DNA of 54,400 bases from IMG/VR virus record IMGVR_UViG_3300025087_000086, positions 1 through 54,400 of that record. One strand, given 5' to 3'. A program made the position numbers and the translations under genes. Numbering within the stretch: the first letter of the stretch is position 1; each line of letters begins with the position of its first letter. The notes under the pieces are model-generated. The model had not been told where the DNA came from. It did no database searches and was given only the letters and a program-made list of their open reading frames with translations. The stretch is from a virus (Duplodnaviria > Caudoviricetes). Shown one piece after another: positions 37,009 to 46,448 of the stretch.

Positions 37009-37096
37009 AAAAAAGAAAGCCTTGTCTCAGGTACCTTGGAAGCTCCCAAGCATTACCCCCGCGAGGTTGTTAGGTTCCCGTCTCCAGAGACAAGGC
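37009..37096 (-). terminator. Terminator-like element with a large structured loop after ssb
   Basis: 10-bp stem GCCTTGTCTC/GAGACAAGGC followed by TTTCTTTTTT on the - strand; 58-nt branched interior. Confidence 0.5.
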
Positions 37097-37102
37097 AGTT
37101 GT

Positions 37103-37576
37103 TCAGAATACTATGTTGTTTGATCCAGCGCCGTTGAAAGCTACAAGGTTCTCTACTACTACCTTATCAAAGTAAAGAGGAAGGTGGGTCTTCCCTGCCA
37201 CTGAGAAGAACTTAGCGGAGCAGTGTACTGTGACAATGCTGCCGTTCCCTATCGCGTCAGTACATGGAGTGCCATCGGGGAACTCCACTACAGGAGGGGT
37301 GCGAAGTGTCCCATCTGGGTTATGTACTTTGCGTTTAGCAGTGATGAAGTACTCACCTTCCTTTTCCTTGACCGGAAATCCAATTGCTTTCATCTCATTG
37401 TATTGAGCTTCACTTAGTAACAGATCAATCTTCCAAGCTGGTTTAATAGAGTATTTGGCGTTCCCTTCATCCGGCTTATGGACCCTAGCCCATCGGCATT
37501 CTGTGCTCTGAATCTGGAACTTCTGATACTTACCTTCAAAGGCACTCTGCATTTCTTGAATCGTTGGTTTACTCAT
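37103..37576 (-). CDS. ssb: Single-stranded DNA-binding protein (T7 gp2.5-like)
   Basis: WARVHKPD...WKIDL...IGNGSIVTV...; C-terminal Phe; located in the replication module. Confidence 0.75.
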   Translation of the reverse strand: MSKPTIQEMQSAFEGKYQKFQIQSTECRWARVHKPDEGNAKYSIKPAWKIDLLLSEAQYNEMKAIGFPVKEKEGEYFITAKRKVHNPDGTLRTPPVVEFPDGTPCTDAIGNGSIVTVHCSAKFFSVAGKTHLPLYFDKVVVENLVAFNGAGSNNIVF

Positions 37577-37694
37577 TTGTTTTCCTCCGTTACATTGGGT
37601 TACATTGGTTCTTTCCGTTAATTACTTGGCCCATCTTGGTTTTCTTTAGCTCAACTCAGTGGCAACCAAATAGTACCAAACCTAGTACATCTTG

Positions 37695-37937
37695 TCAAGT
37701 ATATGTAAGTAATTGAATTGGTTCAAAGTCTTCTTTCTCCCCCCACCATGGAACTTCCCGGTCTTTATCAAAAGTATTAAACTGGTTTTCAGTTATAAAT
37801 CCGAAGCAGTCCCCTCTAGTTCCGAGGATAAGCACTAAACTTCCGACTTCTATACACTCACTAATTGAGTCAGTAGTCTCTCCATCCCTGCTCTTGAGTA
37901 CTGCATAGTATGGCTCATCAAAATATTTTGTACTCAT
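37695..37937 (-). CDS. Hypothetical protein
   Basis: 80 aa, ATGA coupling. Confidence 0.55.
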   Translation of the reverse strand: MSTKYFDEPYYAVLKSRDGETTDSISECIEVGSLVLILGTRGDCFGFITENQFNTFDKDREVPWWGEKEDFEPIQLLTYT

Positions 37938-38545
37938 CCCAGTACCCCCTTACCCTTGTGTATAATAGTCTTTATAGCCAGAGCCACAGTCTGCCTTGAT
38001 ACCCCGAGCCTCTTAGCTACCTCTTGATCCGAGTTGCCATAGTGTAAGTAAAGTTCAAGTATCTCTCTTTGCCTAGCAGTGAGTTTGGCTTTGCTTAGTA
38101 CGTCTTCAAGCTCCAGCTCAATGGTGTGGTGGTCTGCCTTAGGATCATCTATGCTCTCTTCAAAATTAATAGGCTCAGGGATATCCCATATATGGGATTC
38201 ATTATTTATTATCTCTTCTATAGAATACTTAGATTCCTTAGTATTACCTTTGCTCTTCTTAGTACTCTTATATCTAAAATTCCTATACTCTTTTCTTTCA
38301 TAAAGGTAACAAGAAAACAGTACCCTCTGGTATACAAAGGTATTCATTGGTACCCCTAGGTCCGGGTTGAACATATGCCTTGCTTCCATGAGCCAGATGA
38401 AAGCCTCTTGCTCCATGTCCTCCCTGAAAGGCTGAAGGTGCTTCTTGAATGAGATGAATTTATTTACTACATACTTACAAAAAGATATATCGTTCTTGAT
38501 ATCTTTGTCATCGTACTGAAATTTCCCAGCTCTAGGTTCACTCAT
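37934..38545 (-). CDS. Sigma-70-family-like transcription factor (regions 2 and 4)
   Basis: EDMEQEAFIWLMEARHMFNPDLGVPMNTFV (region 2); LTARQREIL...SDQEVAKRLGVSRQTV (region 4 HTH). Confidence 0.82.
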   Translation of the reverse strand: MSEPRAGKFQYDDKDIKNDISFCKYVVNKFISFKKHLQPFREDMEQEAFIWLMEARHMFNPDLGVPMNTFVYQRVLFSCYLYERKEYRNFRYKSTKKSKGNTKESKYSIEEIINNESHIWDIPEPINFEESIDDPKADHHTIELELEDVLSKAKLTARQREILELYLHYGNSDQEVAKRLGVSRQTVALAIKTIIHKGKGVLG

Positions 38546-38817
38546 ATATCCTCTTGTATTAAGATTATTTCTTCTAGTTCATCGAGTCTCCAATTCCAGA
38601 TGCCATTTCCATGTATCCACTCATTCTCTTGGAAGTTGAAATCTAGATTACTGTAGTAAGTATACATTGGATTTACTACAACACCAGTATTTCTAGTTGT
38701 TTTACATAAGAATCCTGTCTTAGCTATCTTAGCAGATGCGCTAGTAGTTCTATCCTTTGTAACTACGAACACAGTCCCCACTGGGGGGAGCTTAGGCACA
38801 TCAATGGACTTCTGCAT
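38542..38817 (-). CDS. Hypothetical protein
   Basis: GGAGG RBS before ATG 38817. Confidence 0.55.
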   Translation of the reverse strand: MQKSIDVPKLPPVGTVFVVTKDRTTSASAKIAKTGFLCKTTRNTGVVVNPMYTYYSNLDFNFQENEWIHGNGIWNWRLDELEEIILIQEDI

Positions 38818-40720
38818 AATTACCTCCAAATTTCACATCACATTCAATGGGAATCTTTATGTCGTAGAATTCCCCCGCTCTCTTAGCAGAGACCCCAAGG
38901 CAAACATTAAGAGCATCCCTGTGATCTTGTGTATCTTCCATCTCGTACTCAAGCTCATCATGGTATGCTATGAGTTGCTTAATTATAAAAGCCACTAAAC
39001 CGCAGTACCACTCATGCATTAGCACCATCCAACGCTTGAAGATGATAGCCGCTGAGGATTGGATCAAGCTATTAAGCAGCTTATGGTCACTCCTAATGAA
39101 CACCTTACGCCCATCGAGACCATAGATAAACCCCTGGTTTCTTCTGAACGACTGAACCAAAAGCTCCCTGATACTATCAAGGCCCTTGTTAATCCTCCAG
39201 TATTCTTTGACTAGCTTCCTTGCTTTATTTACTGGTATCTTAAGCAACTTACTAAGCTTCTCTGGACCAGCACCGTAGCTCAGTGAGTACAGAAATATCT
39301 TAGCATCGTTCCTAGATATCCCCAGAGTCCTAGCATTGTAGGTATGAATGTCCTCTTGTAACAAGACGTTTATCAACGCTCCTCCATCAAACATAGCGGA
39401 GTAATGTCCCATGAGCCTCGCTTCAATCCCCTTGAGGTCAGAGCCTATCATGACCATGCCTTCAGGCACTTTAAACAACTCCCTTAACTCTTTCCCGTAT
39501 GCGCTTGTAACTCTGGGTAAATTCACTACCTTACCTGAATGCCTGTACCTAGCAGTAGGAGTACCACAAGTGATCCCATCTGCGGGGAGTCTACCGTCTG
39601 ATCTGACCTCACCTATTGCACCCTTACTACAGTCCTTCTCGTTGACTAGGAATGACATACGATGCTTCAGAGTCAAAAGGTGAGCAATGTCTTTACCTAG
39701 ACCAGCGGGGAGGGAATCATAGGACTCTTCAGTAAGTCTCGGTGAAGACTTTTCCTTGGTCCCCTTCTTATAGTTCCACTCAGTAGGCTCCCAACCGAGA
39801 CCAAGAAGTACTCCCTTTAGCTCGTCCGGAGACTTCACATTGACTTGCCTGAATCCCACTCTGGAGAAGGGACCGACTGCTAGACTTGAATGGGAACCGT
39901 TGCCACTAACGTACTTCATAGCTCTAGTGGACAGAGAACCGTTAGCATTAAATGGCTTAGATACTTCGATTACTCCCTTGGTTTTCTCTTGAATCCAAGG
40001 GAGCCTTGATTGTACCTCAATCTCTAGCTCAGAGAATTCTTGGGAGAGATTATTGTAGAGACTAATGGCTTTATCTGTATCAAAGAGCACTCCATTCAGC
40101 ACTTGATGAGCATGTATCCAAAGTACCTTTTGTTCTAAGTCTACTGCCGATTGCCAAATGGGCTTCTGAACTCCATTTACTTCTCTGGTTTCGTAGAGTC
40201 CCTTGGTCTTCACAAAGTACTCATACAGTTTCCAGTTCAGCTCCACATCTCTTATGCATCTGGTCAGCATGTCATCTGATAGCTGGGTCCAGTCGTTGTG
40301 CTCTACCTTGGGGATACCCAATACGTCTCCCCAGTACTCCAACGAATTCTCTGTCTCTGGAGACAGCAGTTGGGATACTGTCATAGTGTCTAGTATCTGG
40401 AAATTCCAAGGAGTGATCTCAGTACCCCTAGATAACCCAAGCTTCTTAATCAAAGGCAGATCAAAGCCACATATGTTGTGTCCAACCAGAGTACGACTGT
40501 TATTAATAAAATTCTTAAGCTCTCTAATCCCATCAGCTATCCCACCCCATCTGTTGTTGAGGTGTATGAAATCTCGAATCTTACTTATATCATCATAGTA
40601 TAGGAACGTATCACTACTAGTTCTCACTACAATACAATGTATCTTAGTGGCCTCATACAGTAACCCATCTGCTTCTATGTCAAAGACTACAGTGTTCGCT
40701 GGATTGTATTCCCATGTCAT
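38801..40720 (-). CDS. Family A DNA polymerase (T7 gp5-like)
   Basis: Exonuclease motifs FDIE and GHNICGFD; motif A SDLKGIEAR; motif B RNDAKIFLYSLSYG (Tyr at the 762-equivalent); motif C YHDE. Confidence 0.95.
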   Translation of the reverse strand: MTWEYNPANTVVFDIEADGLLYEATKIHCIVVRTSSDTFLYYDDISKIRDFIHLNNRWGGIADGIRELKNFINNSRTLVGHNICGFDLPLIKKLGLSRGTEITPWNFQILDTMTVSQLLSPETENSLEYWGDVLGIPKVEHNDWTQLSDDMLTRCIRDVELNWKLYEYFVKTKGLYETREVNGVQKPIWQSAVDLEQKVLWIHAHQVLNGVLFDTDKAISLYNNLSQEFSELEIEVQSRLPWIQEKTKGVIEVSKPFNANGSLSTRAMKYVSGNGSHSSLAVGPFSRVGFRQVNVKSPDELKGVLLGLGWEPTEWNYKKGTKEKSSPRLTEESYDSLPAGLGKDIAHLLTLKHRMSFLVNEKDCSKGAIGEVRSDGRLPADGITCGTPTARYRHSGKVVNLPRVTSAYGKELRELFKVPEGMVMIGSDLKGIEARLMGHYSAMFDGGALINVLLQEDIHTYNARTLGISRNDAKIFLYSLSYGAGPEKLSKLLKIPVNKARKLVKEYWRINKGLDSIRELLVQSFRRNQGFIYGLDGRKVFIRSDHKLLNSLIQSSAAIIFKRWMVLMHEWYCGLVAFIIKQLIAYHDELEYEMEDTQDHRDALNVCLGVSAKRAGEFYDIKIPIECDVKFGGNYAEVH

Positions 40721-40737
40721 GATTACCTCCGGTTACA

Positions 40738-40929
40738 TTAGATAATCTTCTCATACATAGAGATTATTTGCTTTAGAATTTCTATAGATTTTCCTTGGTA
40801 ATAAACAGAACCTTCACAGAGAATCACTATGATCCACACGAAAGCAGCATGGTAATTACCAGAGATACCAGCGTTTACTCCCCCCATAAATGCAACTATA
40901 ATCATGAGTACTTCTAAGTTAATCTTCAT
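40738..40929 (-). CDS. Small membrane protein
   Basis: Two hydrophobic segments. Confidence 0.55.
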   Translation of the reverse strand: MKINLEVLMIIVAFMGGVNAGISGNYHAAFVWIIVILCEGSVYYQGKSIEILKQIISMYEKII

Positions 40930-41168
40930 TGTTCCTCCTTAGTAACCTGGATTCTCTCTACTATTTTCCAACCATGTGCATCACACCCATCTAACATACA
41001 CCCAAACTTTTTTTCTTTTATCTGGCTTTCTAAAAGAGTTACGTCATCTCCCGGCCCATAGGGCATTATTAGTTGACAAGGTTCAGTGCAAGAGTCACCA
41101 TCCAAACAAGCAGTGCACTCAAGGATTATATAAAGAGTTGCACTTTTATCCCTGGTTCCTAAACTCAT
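40926..41168 (-). CDS. Hypothetical Cys-rich protein
   Basis: GGAGGGAG RBS before ATG 41168; CTAC...C...C...C...C. Confidence 0.5.
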   Translation of the reverse strand: MSLGTRDKSATLYIILECTACLDGDSCTEPCQLIMPYGPGDDVTLLESQIKEKKFGCMLDGCDAHGWKIVERIQVTKEEQ

Positions 41169-41325
41169 CGAACTCCCTCCTGAATTCATTAAGAATATCC
41201 TGAGCTTCGTACCAGCCGTCCTCGGACCTAGGATCATAGTGATCCTCTTCTTCCCAGCGTACCTTAGTTTTTCCCTTGCTCTCCTCTGCTTCAACTGCCA
41301 TAAGAATATCTAATGTTTCGAACAT
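41146..41325 (-). CDS. 59-aa acidic protein (not in ORF track)
   Basis: MFETLDILMAVEAEES...; fills the gap after the helicase gene; GAGGG RBS. Confidence 0.5.
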   Translation of the reverse strand: MFETLDILMAVEAEESKGKTKVRWEEEDHYDPRSEDGWYEAQDILNEFRREFDEFRNQG

Positions 41326-41333
41326 AGTATCCC

Positions 41334-42998
41334 TCAGAACACCATAGCAGGTTCAAGGTAATCCCCAGTGGTCGCATCATAGTTTACTGCGAACCGACCA
41401 GCATTACCGAAGTTGCGGTCCTCTAACAACACAAACTGGCTTGTGTTCCTCTCTGCTTCCTCCAAGTTCGGGTCTTTGTTTCGCTCGATCCCAAGCATAT
41501 AGAAGCAGTTCTCCATCATCGCTCTGCTTCCTCGGAACTGGACTGATTCGACTTTCCCACCTCGTTCATGAGGCACACCGTTTGTAGGAGCTTTAAGATG
41601 GCAGGTAACAATATAGAAGAAGCCCAAGTCCTGAGCCATACAAGCAAGCTCATCGCTGATCTTCCTGAGCTCAGTCTCAGTGTCAGATGAGCTGAGGTGA
41701 TTAGTAAGCTTCGTAATGGGGTCAATAATAATTGTTTTACTCCCTTCGGACACCACATATCTTATGTACTCCTTTAAGGTTGCCCAATCGGCTTGACCAA
41801 ATGCTTGGTACATGAAGAACTTACCGTCCATAGAATCAATAGTCTTCTCTAACTGAGCTAAGTTAAACGCTACATCTGGCTTATGGTAACAACACTTGTC
41901 TATCTTCCCTGCTAACTTCTTTACTGTAAGTGGGGGCTGCTCTTCAAACTTAATTACCGCTGGGATATCTCCGTCGTTAGCTAGGATTCTGTGCTTAATT
42001 AACTCATTAAGCAGCTCAGATTTCCCTATCTTCACCCCAGCTCCAATAAACATCCCCTCTCCATCTCTCATCCCATAGGTCCACTTCTGTAACGTAGGCC
42101 AGGGCCATGAGCGTCCATACTGAGGGGCTACACAGGCTTTCTGTTTAACATCTCGGACCCTGACCAGGAACGGGGGGCGATACTTCTCTGCTGTATCAAA
42201 CGCCATAGTAAACTCAGTTTGTCTCCCCGCCATGAGCATATCATTAGCATCCTTTAGCGGAAGCTTAATGATCTTGATACGGGGGAACAACTTAGCTAAC
42301 TCAGTAGCTAGCTCTTGTCCAGGGGGATCATTATCAGGAGCGAAGTAGAGCTCACCAATGGACTTCAATATATCCATGTTGTTCTTCACTACTCCTAGCC
42401 CATTGGAACCAGGGATACCTAGTACTGGGATACCAGGGTGTGTCTTCTTAAGCATGTCAAACACAGCCATTGCGTCTTCTTCACCCTCGGTGAGAACCAA
42501 GCGTCTCGGTACTCCTTTCAGCGTCTGAATACCGAAGAGGTCTTGCTTGATGCCTCTAGTTTTCTTGAGAGTAAAGAAGTCTTTGGTTTCTATAGTCCTT
42601 CCTTTGTGAGTGAACAGTGCTCCCTCTGCATAAATCGGATAGTAGTGTTTAACTGGAGCCCCGTCTACCTGAGAACACTCAGTAACAACTGAGTACATTC
42701 GTCTAGTCTCTACTGAGATGCCCCTGTCTGCTACTGATACCAGTGAGCTAATGTCCAGGGTAGCTGTTGACATAAAAAGGGTTGTCTCTGGAGACAGGAC
42801 CATTGTACCAGAAAGGCTCACGATTGGTTCTATTGGTTCAGGCTCTCTAGTCATATACACTGGATGATACTTGGTTCCATGTAGACAAGTCCATGTACGC
42901 TTGTCATTCATGAGAAACAAGTGGTCCCCTTTTTCGTCCTTTCCGATTGCTCTACATGCTGGGCATGGTCTGTTGCTCATAGATACCTCTGTTGCCAT
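41334..42998 (-). CDS. DNA primase-helicase (T7 gp4-like)
   Basis: CPAC zinc finger, TOPRIM EGEEDA and DND, Walker A GAGVKIGKS, IIDPIT, CHL, FRGSR, DRNFG. Confidence 0.93.
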   Translation of the reverse strand: MATEVSMSNRPCPACRAIGKDEKGDHLFLMNDKRTWTCLHGTKYHPVYMTREPEPIEPIVSLSGTMVLSPETTLFMSTATLDISSLVSVADRGISVETRRMYSVVTECSQVDGAPVKHYYPIYAEGALFTHKGRTIETKDFFTLKKTRGIKQDLFGIQTLKGVPRRLVLTEGEEDAMAVFDMLKKTHPGIPVLGIPGSNGLGVVKNNMDILKSIGELYFAPDNDPPGQELATELAKLFPRIKIIKLPLKDANDMLMAGRQTEFTMAFDTAEKYRPPFLVRVRDVKQKACVAPQYGRSWPWPTLQKWTYGMRDGEGMFIGAGVKIGKSELLNELIKHRILANDGDIPAVIKFEEQPPLTVKKLAGKIDKCCYHKPDVAFNLAQLEKTIDSMDGKFFMYQAFGQADWATLKEYIRYVVSEGSKTIIIDPITKLTNHLSSSDTETELRKISDELACMAQDLGFFYIVTCHLKAPTNGVPHERGGKVESVQFRGSRAMMENCFYMLGIERNKDPNLEEAERNTSQFVLLEDRNFGNAGRFAVNYDATTGDYLEPAMVF

Positions 42999-43008
42999 AG
43001 TTTACTCC

Positions 43009-43248
43009 TTAGGTTTCCACTTGTATCTCTTCCCTGTATTTCTCTACCCAGTTTGGTTTGAGAGTCGGTTGAACATTGGTCTTCAAACATACTACACTAA
43101 AGTCTGAAGACTCTACTCCAACACCAATCCATCTGAGGGAAATGATACAAGGAACCATTGCTTGTCTAAAGCTCCCTTTTTCAGTTTCATCTCGGCAAGC
43201 ATTGCACTCATACATTAGATCAGTTACTGTAGTTATATTCATAGTCAC
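43009..43248 (-). CDS. Hypothetical Cys-containing protein
   Basis: 79 aa, AGGAGG RBS. Confidence 0.55.
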   Translation of the reverse strand: MTMNITTVTDLMYECNACRDETEKGSFRQAMVPCIISLRWIGVGVESSDFSVVCLKTNVQPTLKPNWVEKYREEIQVET

Positions 43249-43260
43249 CTCCTAGGTAAC

Positions 43261-43443
43261 TCACTTCTTCCAGTGACATTTATGGTAGTAGCTATAGTAT
43301 GCCTTAGCTTGTTTTTCAATGAGTGCTGAGCTCTGTTCCCAGACACCTTTTTCTTCTTGGTAATACGGACGATCACAAGAGGGACAGATGAAAGTGATCT
43401 TACTGGAATCCCGGTGATTCATTTGAATCTGCTTAGGTTTCAT
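43261..43443 (-). CDS. Small zinc-finger-like protein
   Basis: CPSC...HKC; AAGGAG RBS. Confidence 0.55.
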   Translation of the reverse strand: MKPKQIQMNHRDSSKITFICPSCDRPYYQEEKGVWEQSSALIEKQAKAYYSYYHKCHWKK

Positions 43444-43452
43444 AGTGTCTCC

Positions 43453-43767
43453 TTAGAACGCAATGATTACAGTGATGAAGAGCAACACAGTAAGCCCAAT
43501 GTTCGCTCTCCAGAGCCACTTGAAATCCTTATGAATCAGGAACAAGTGATGCCCAATCTCTTCACAGACACTAGTAAGCTTCTTATCCAGGCTCTTGTTT
43601 ATCACAAGTTGCCTACGATAAGCAGAGGACATATCTGAGTAGTTCCCTTGAAGTGTATGGTACTTCTTGTTAAGCTCTTCCAGAGCTACATTAGTTGTCT
43701 CCGGAGACAGTGGTTCTGAGTTACCCTGGGATTCCAACGGTTTACTGAATGTCTCTACACGGTTCAT
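43453..43767 (-). CDS. Coiled-coil protein with C-terminal membrane anchor
   Basis: C-terminal IGLTVLLFITVIIAF. Confidence 0.6.
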   Translation of the reverse strand: MNRVETFSKPLESQGNSEPLSPETTNVALEELNKKYHTLQGNYSDMSSAYRRQLVINKSLDKKLTSVCEEIGHHLFLIHKDFKWLWRANIGLTVLLFITVIIAF

Positions 43768-43812
43768 AGCGTACCCCTGTGTTACTTAGTAATCTTAAGT
43801 GCCTTAGTTTCC

Positions 43813-44268
43813 TTAGTTACCCTGGTTCCTCTTAGCTTTCTCTATAAGTTGCTCAAGCTGCTCTACAGTACTGAAAAGATTCTCAGTCTCACTAGCAAAG
43901 TACTCCTGAAGAGCTTCGACATGCTTAAGCACATCTTGGAGTGTAGCTGCATCAGCAGTGTCAAACGCTCCAGCTTTAGACATATGTATGAAGTACGAAG
44001 CATGAGTGACCGGGATTCCGTCTTCAGCGAGACAAGCGATAGCGGAGAGGAATGAAGGGTCTTTGCTAAGCTCAGCTATCTTCTGTACCATATGAGCCCG
44101 AGTAGTTCCACCGAAGAGACCTTTGAAGTTCACTACAATCTGATACATATAATGTGCAAAGGCAGCTTCATCAAACCCCTCCACTGACTGGCTGAGCTTC
44201 TTTCCATTAGTATTCACAGTGATTCCTTGGGCGTTTCCATTGTTACCAAACAGATTCATAATTTTCAT
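43813..44268 (-). CDS. Hypothetical protein
   Basis: 151 aa, GGAGGAG RBS. Confidence 0.65.
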   Translation of the reverse strand: MKIMNLFGNNGNAQGITVNTNGKKLSQSVEGFDEAAFAHYMYQIVVNFKGLFGGTTRAHMVQKIAELSKDPSFLSAIACLAEDGIPVTHASYFIHMSKAGAFDTADAATLQDVLKHVEALQEYFASETENLFSTVEQLEQLIEKAKRNQGN

Positions 44269-44477
44269 AAAACTCCTCCAATTTTTATTTTAGTTGCTTC
44301 TATATCCTTAGAAGTTAGTTGCATAAATCTCTCAGTATGTGGCTTAGTTGTTTTCCTGCCTTTTGGGGTTTGGCAATAGTAACCTTTCTCTGCTTTGCAT
44401 CGTGGGCAATCGTAAAACATAATAGCTCTACAAAATCCCCACTTCTACCAGCCTTCGTTTGGAGTGTAAGGTTTCAA
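44265..44477 (-). pseudogene. Zinc-finger ORF with in-frame TAG at codon 11 (or a 51-aa gene from ATG 44420)
   Basis: GGAGGAG then TTG; MKPYTPNEGW*KWGFCRAIMFYDCPRCKAEKGYYCQTPKG...PHTER. Confidence 0.45.
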
Positions 44478-44496
44478 AGCTCTCTCCTCCGATTAC

Positions 44497-44799
44497 TTAG
44501 TTATGTTTCTTTATTTCAGAAAGAAATTCTTTTACTCTTGGCATGATATACTTATCCCTGACACGCTCAACAACACAACAGCTCCCATTGTGATGCTCTT
44601 CCCACCTACGACAATTCCACTTAAACGACTCAAGGTAATCACTGAACTTGTAAGTATTCCATTCTATACTCTGGTTTTCGTCCCACTTCCAGTACCACAG
44701 AGAACCCAGATCACTCTCTTGTTTTTCAAGAAGTGCTTTCTCTGTGTTTGAAACTAGACTGCTCAGGACTTCCTTAATAGCAGCAGATTTCTCATTCAT
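44497..44799 (-). CDS. Hypothetical protein
   Basis: 100 aa, Trp-rich. Confidence 0.6.
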   Translation of the reverse strand: MNEKSAAIKEVLSSLVSNTEKALLEKQESDLGSLWYWKWDENQSIEWNTYKFSDYLESFKWNCRRWEEHHNGSCCVVERVRDKYIMPRVKEFLSEIKKHN

Positions 44800-44804
44800 A
44801 GTTC

Positions 44805-46448
44805 TTACCTTTTCTCCACTTCATTATCCAACCCAGACACCTTATACATTTCCATTACTGCCATCCTCTCGTTATCATCAGCAATCTTGTTGATGAATGC
44901 CAGATTAACAGCAGTGAGCATGGGGAGTTTCATCTTGGATACCATATCCAGTATAGCAATGAGACCCCTTGGAGACATAGTGAGAGCCAGTTCCCCGGAC
45001 TTATAGGCGTTCCTAATAAGCCCAGCAAACTTCACCAGCTTACGGATTACTGGTTTCCTGGTTCCCTTGAATTTCTGCTTCAGCATCTCTACTTCATCGT
45101 CTTCTTTCAAGTAGTTGAGATGAGCGTTGATACTGATCCGATCAAGCATACTCGTATCTTGAATCTGAGTAGCTGCGAACTTTTCCATAGAATCCCCAGT
45201 TCCCTTGACGTTATCAGTGAGGAACATTTGAAACTCAGGAGCAGGACGAATGATCTTATCAGCAGAGGTTCCAGGCATGTCATCTATTGTAAGGTACCCA
45301 TTTTTCTCATACAGATGCTGCATAGCCATAGCAATATGAGGGGGAATCTTGAATACTTCATCAATCGTAATCATGAAACCACCCATGAGCCCTTGGGGGA
45401 GGAGACCATACTTGAACTCCATCCCACCCTCAGATGCCCAAGGGAAGCCTAGGAACGAGGAACTCTCAAGATCACCTCTACCTCCAAGTCTCATATAAGG
45501 CTGCCTAAGATGAGCTGCAAACTGCTCTACAGCAGTGGTCTTCCCTGTCCCCGGAGGGCCAGTAATCAGCATCTTCTCTCCCAAAAGAAGGGCCACTACC
45601 ATACCTTCGAGTACCTCTGTATCCCAGAGGTAATCAGGATTAATAGCTGGAATATGCTGTCTCACTGCTTCGGGGAAGTGAGTTTCAGCATACACTGGGA
45701 CATCGTAGTCCAGCCCAGAGAGCGGGAGCTTTCCCCCCGTAATTGTGGAGAGCTTGATTACAGTCTTGGGAGCCGGAGCAGACACCTTGGCAACTCGTTT
45801 CTTAGGCGTCTTAGTTTCTGTCTCCAGAGACACTTCAGAGACCACTGGAATCTCTGGAACCAGAGTAGCAGTATTCTCTTTCTCTTTGGCTTCTCCAGAT
45901 ACCTCAATAATGAACTTGCACTTAGCAGTCAACTGAGAAGCAATGAGATTCACATGCTCCTTTGCTGCATCTTCGTCCACTTCTGCATCACTCATGTAAT
46001 CAGACACCACATCACTGAGAATATCTCGTCCAGGAGTGTGGAATTTCTCATTAGTGTCTACGCATTTCTTCAGCTCTTCCATGACAGCCCACTGAGCAGA
46101 GTTCAGAGTGATCGTCTCAGATATCACTGGAACCGTTGGAGTACCAGTAGACTCTACAGTTTTACACTTATCAAAAGGGATAAGCACCTTTTTCTCAGTT
46201 CCGTCTGTTCTACACAGATACGAGCCAGAGCTCTTTCCAACTACCTCAAAGTTGGCTCCAGTCTTGAAGCCGAAGTAATTAGTGGTCAATACTACTCTCA
46301 TAAGTTTTCCTCCGTTACCTAATGATTCCTCTGATTCTTTGGTGAACCCGTTGTTACCAAAGGCTAATTCCCTTGAATTGGTTTCCCAGTTTGCTGGGTC
46401 AAAAGCAGCATTTGGACTCATTGGATTTCTATAAACCGTGGTACTCAT
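44805..46448 (-). CDS. CobS/CbbQ/NorQ-like (MoxR clade) AAA+ ATPase
   Basis: GPPGTGKTT, TIDE, TDNVKG, SMLDR, MSPRGL. Confidence 0.88.
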   Translation of the reverse strand: MSTTVYRNPMSPNAAFDPANWETNSRELAFGNNGFTKESEESLGNGGKLMRVVLTTNYFGFKTGANFEVVGKSSGSYLCRTDGTEKKVLIPFDKCKTVESTGTPTVPVISETITLNSAQWAVMEELKKCVDTNEKFHTPGRDILSDVVSDYMSDAEVDEDAAKEHVNLIASQLTAKCKFIIEVSGEAKEKENTATLVPEIPVVSEVSLETETKTPKKRVAKVSAPAPKTVIKLSTITGGKLPLSGLDYDVPVYAETHFPEAVRQHIPAINPDYLWDTEVLEGMVVALLLGEKMLITGPPGTGKTTAVEQFAAHLRQPYMRLGGRGDLESSSFLGFPWASEGGMEFKYGLLPQGLMGGFMITIDEVFKIPPHIAMAMQHLYEKNGYLTIDDMPGTSADKIIRPAPEFQMFLTDNVKGTGDSMEKFAATQIQDTSMLDRISINAHLNYLKEDDEVEMLKQKFKGTRKPVIRKLVKFAGLIRNAYKSGELALTMSPRGLIAILDMVSKMKLPMLTAVNLAFINKIADDNERMAVMEMYKVSGLDNEVEKR

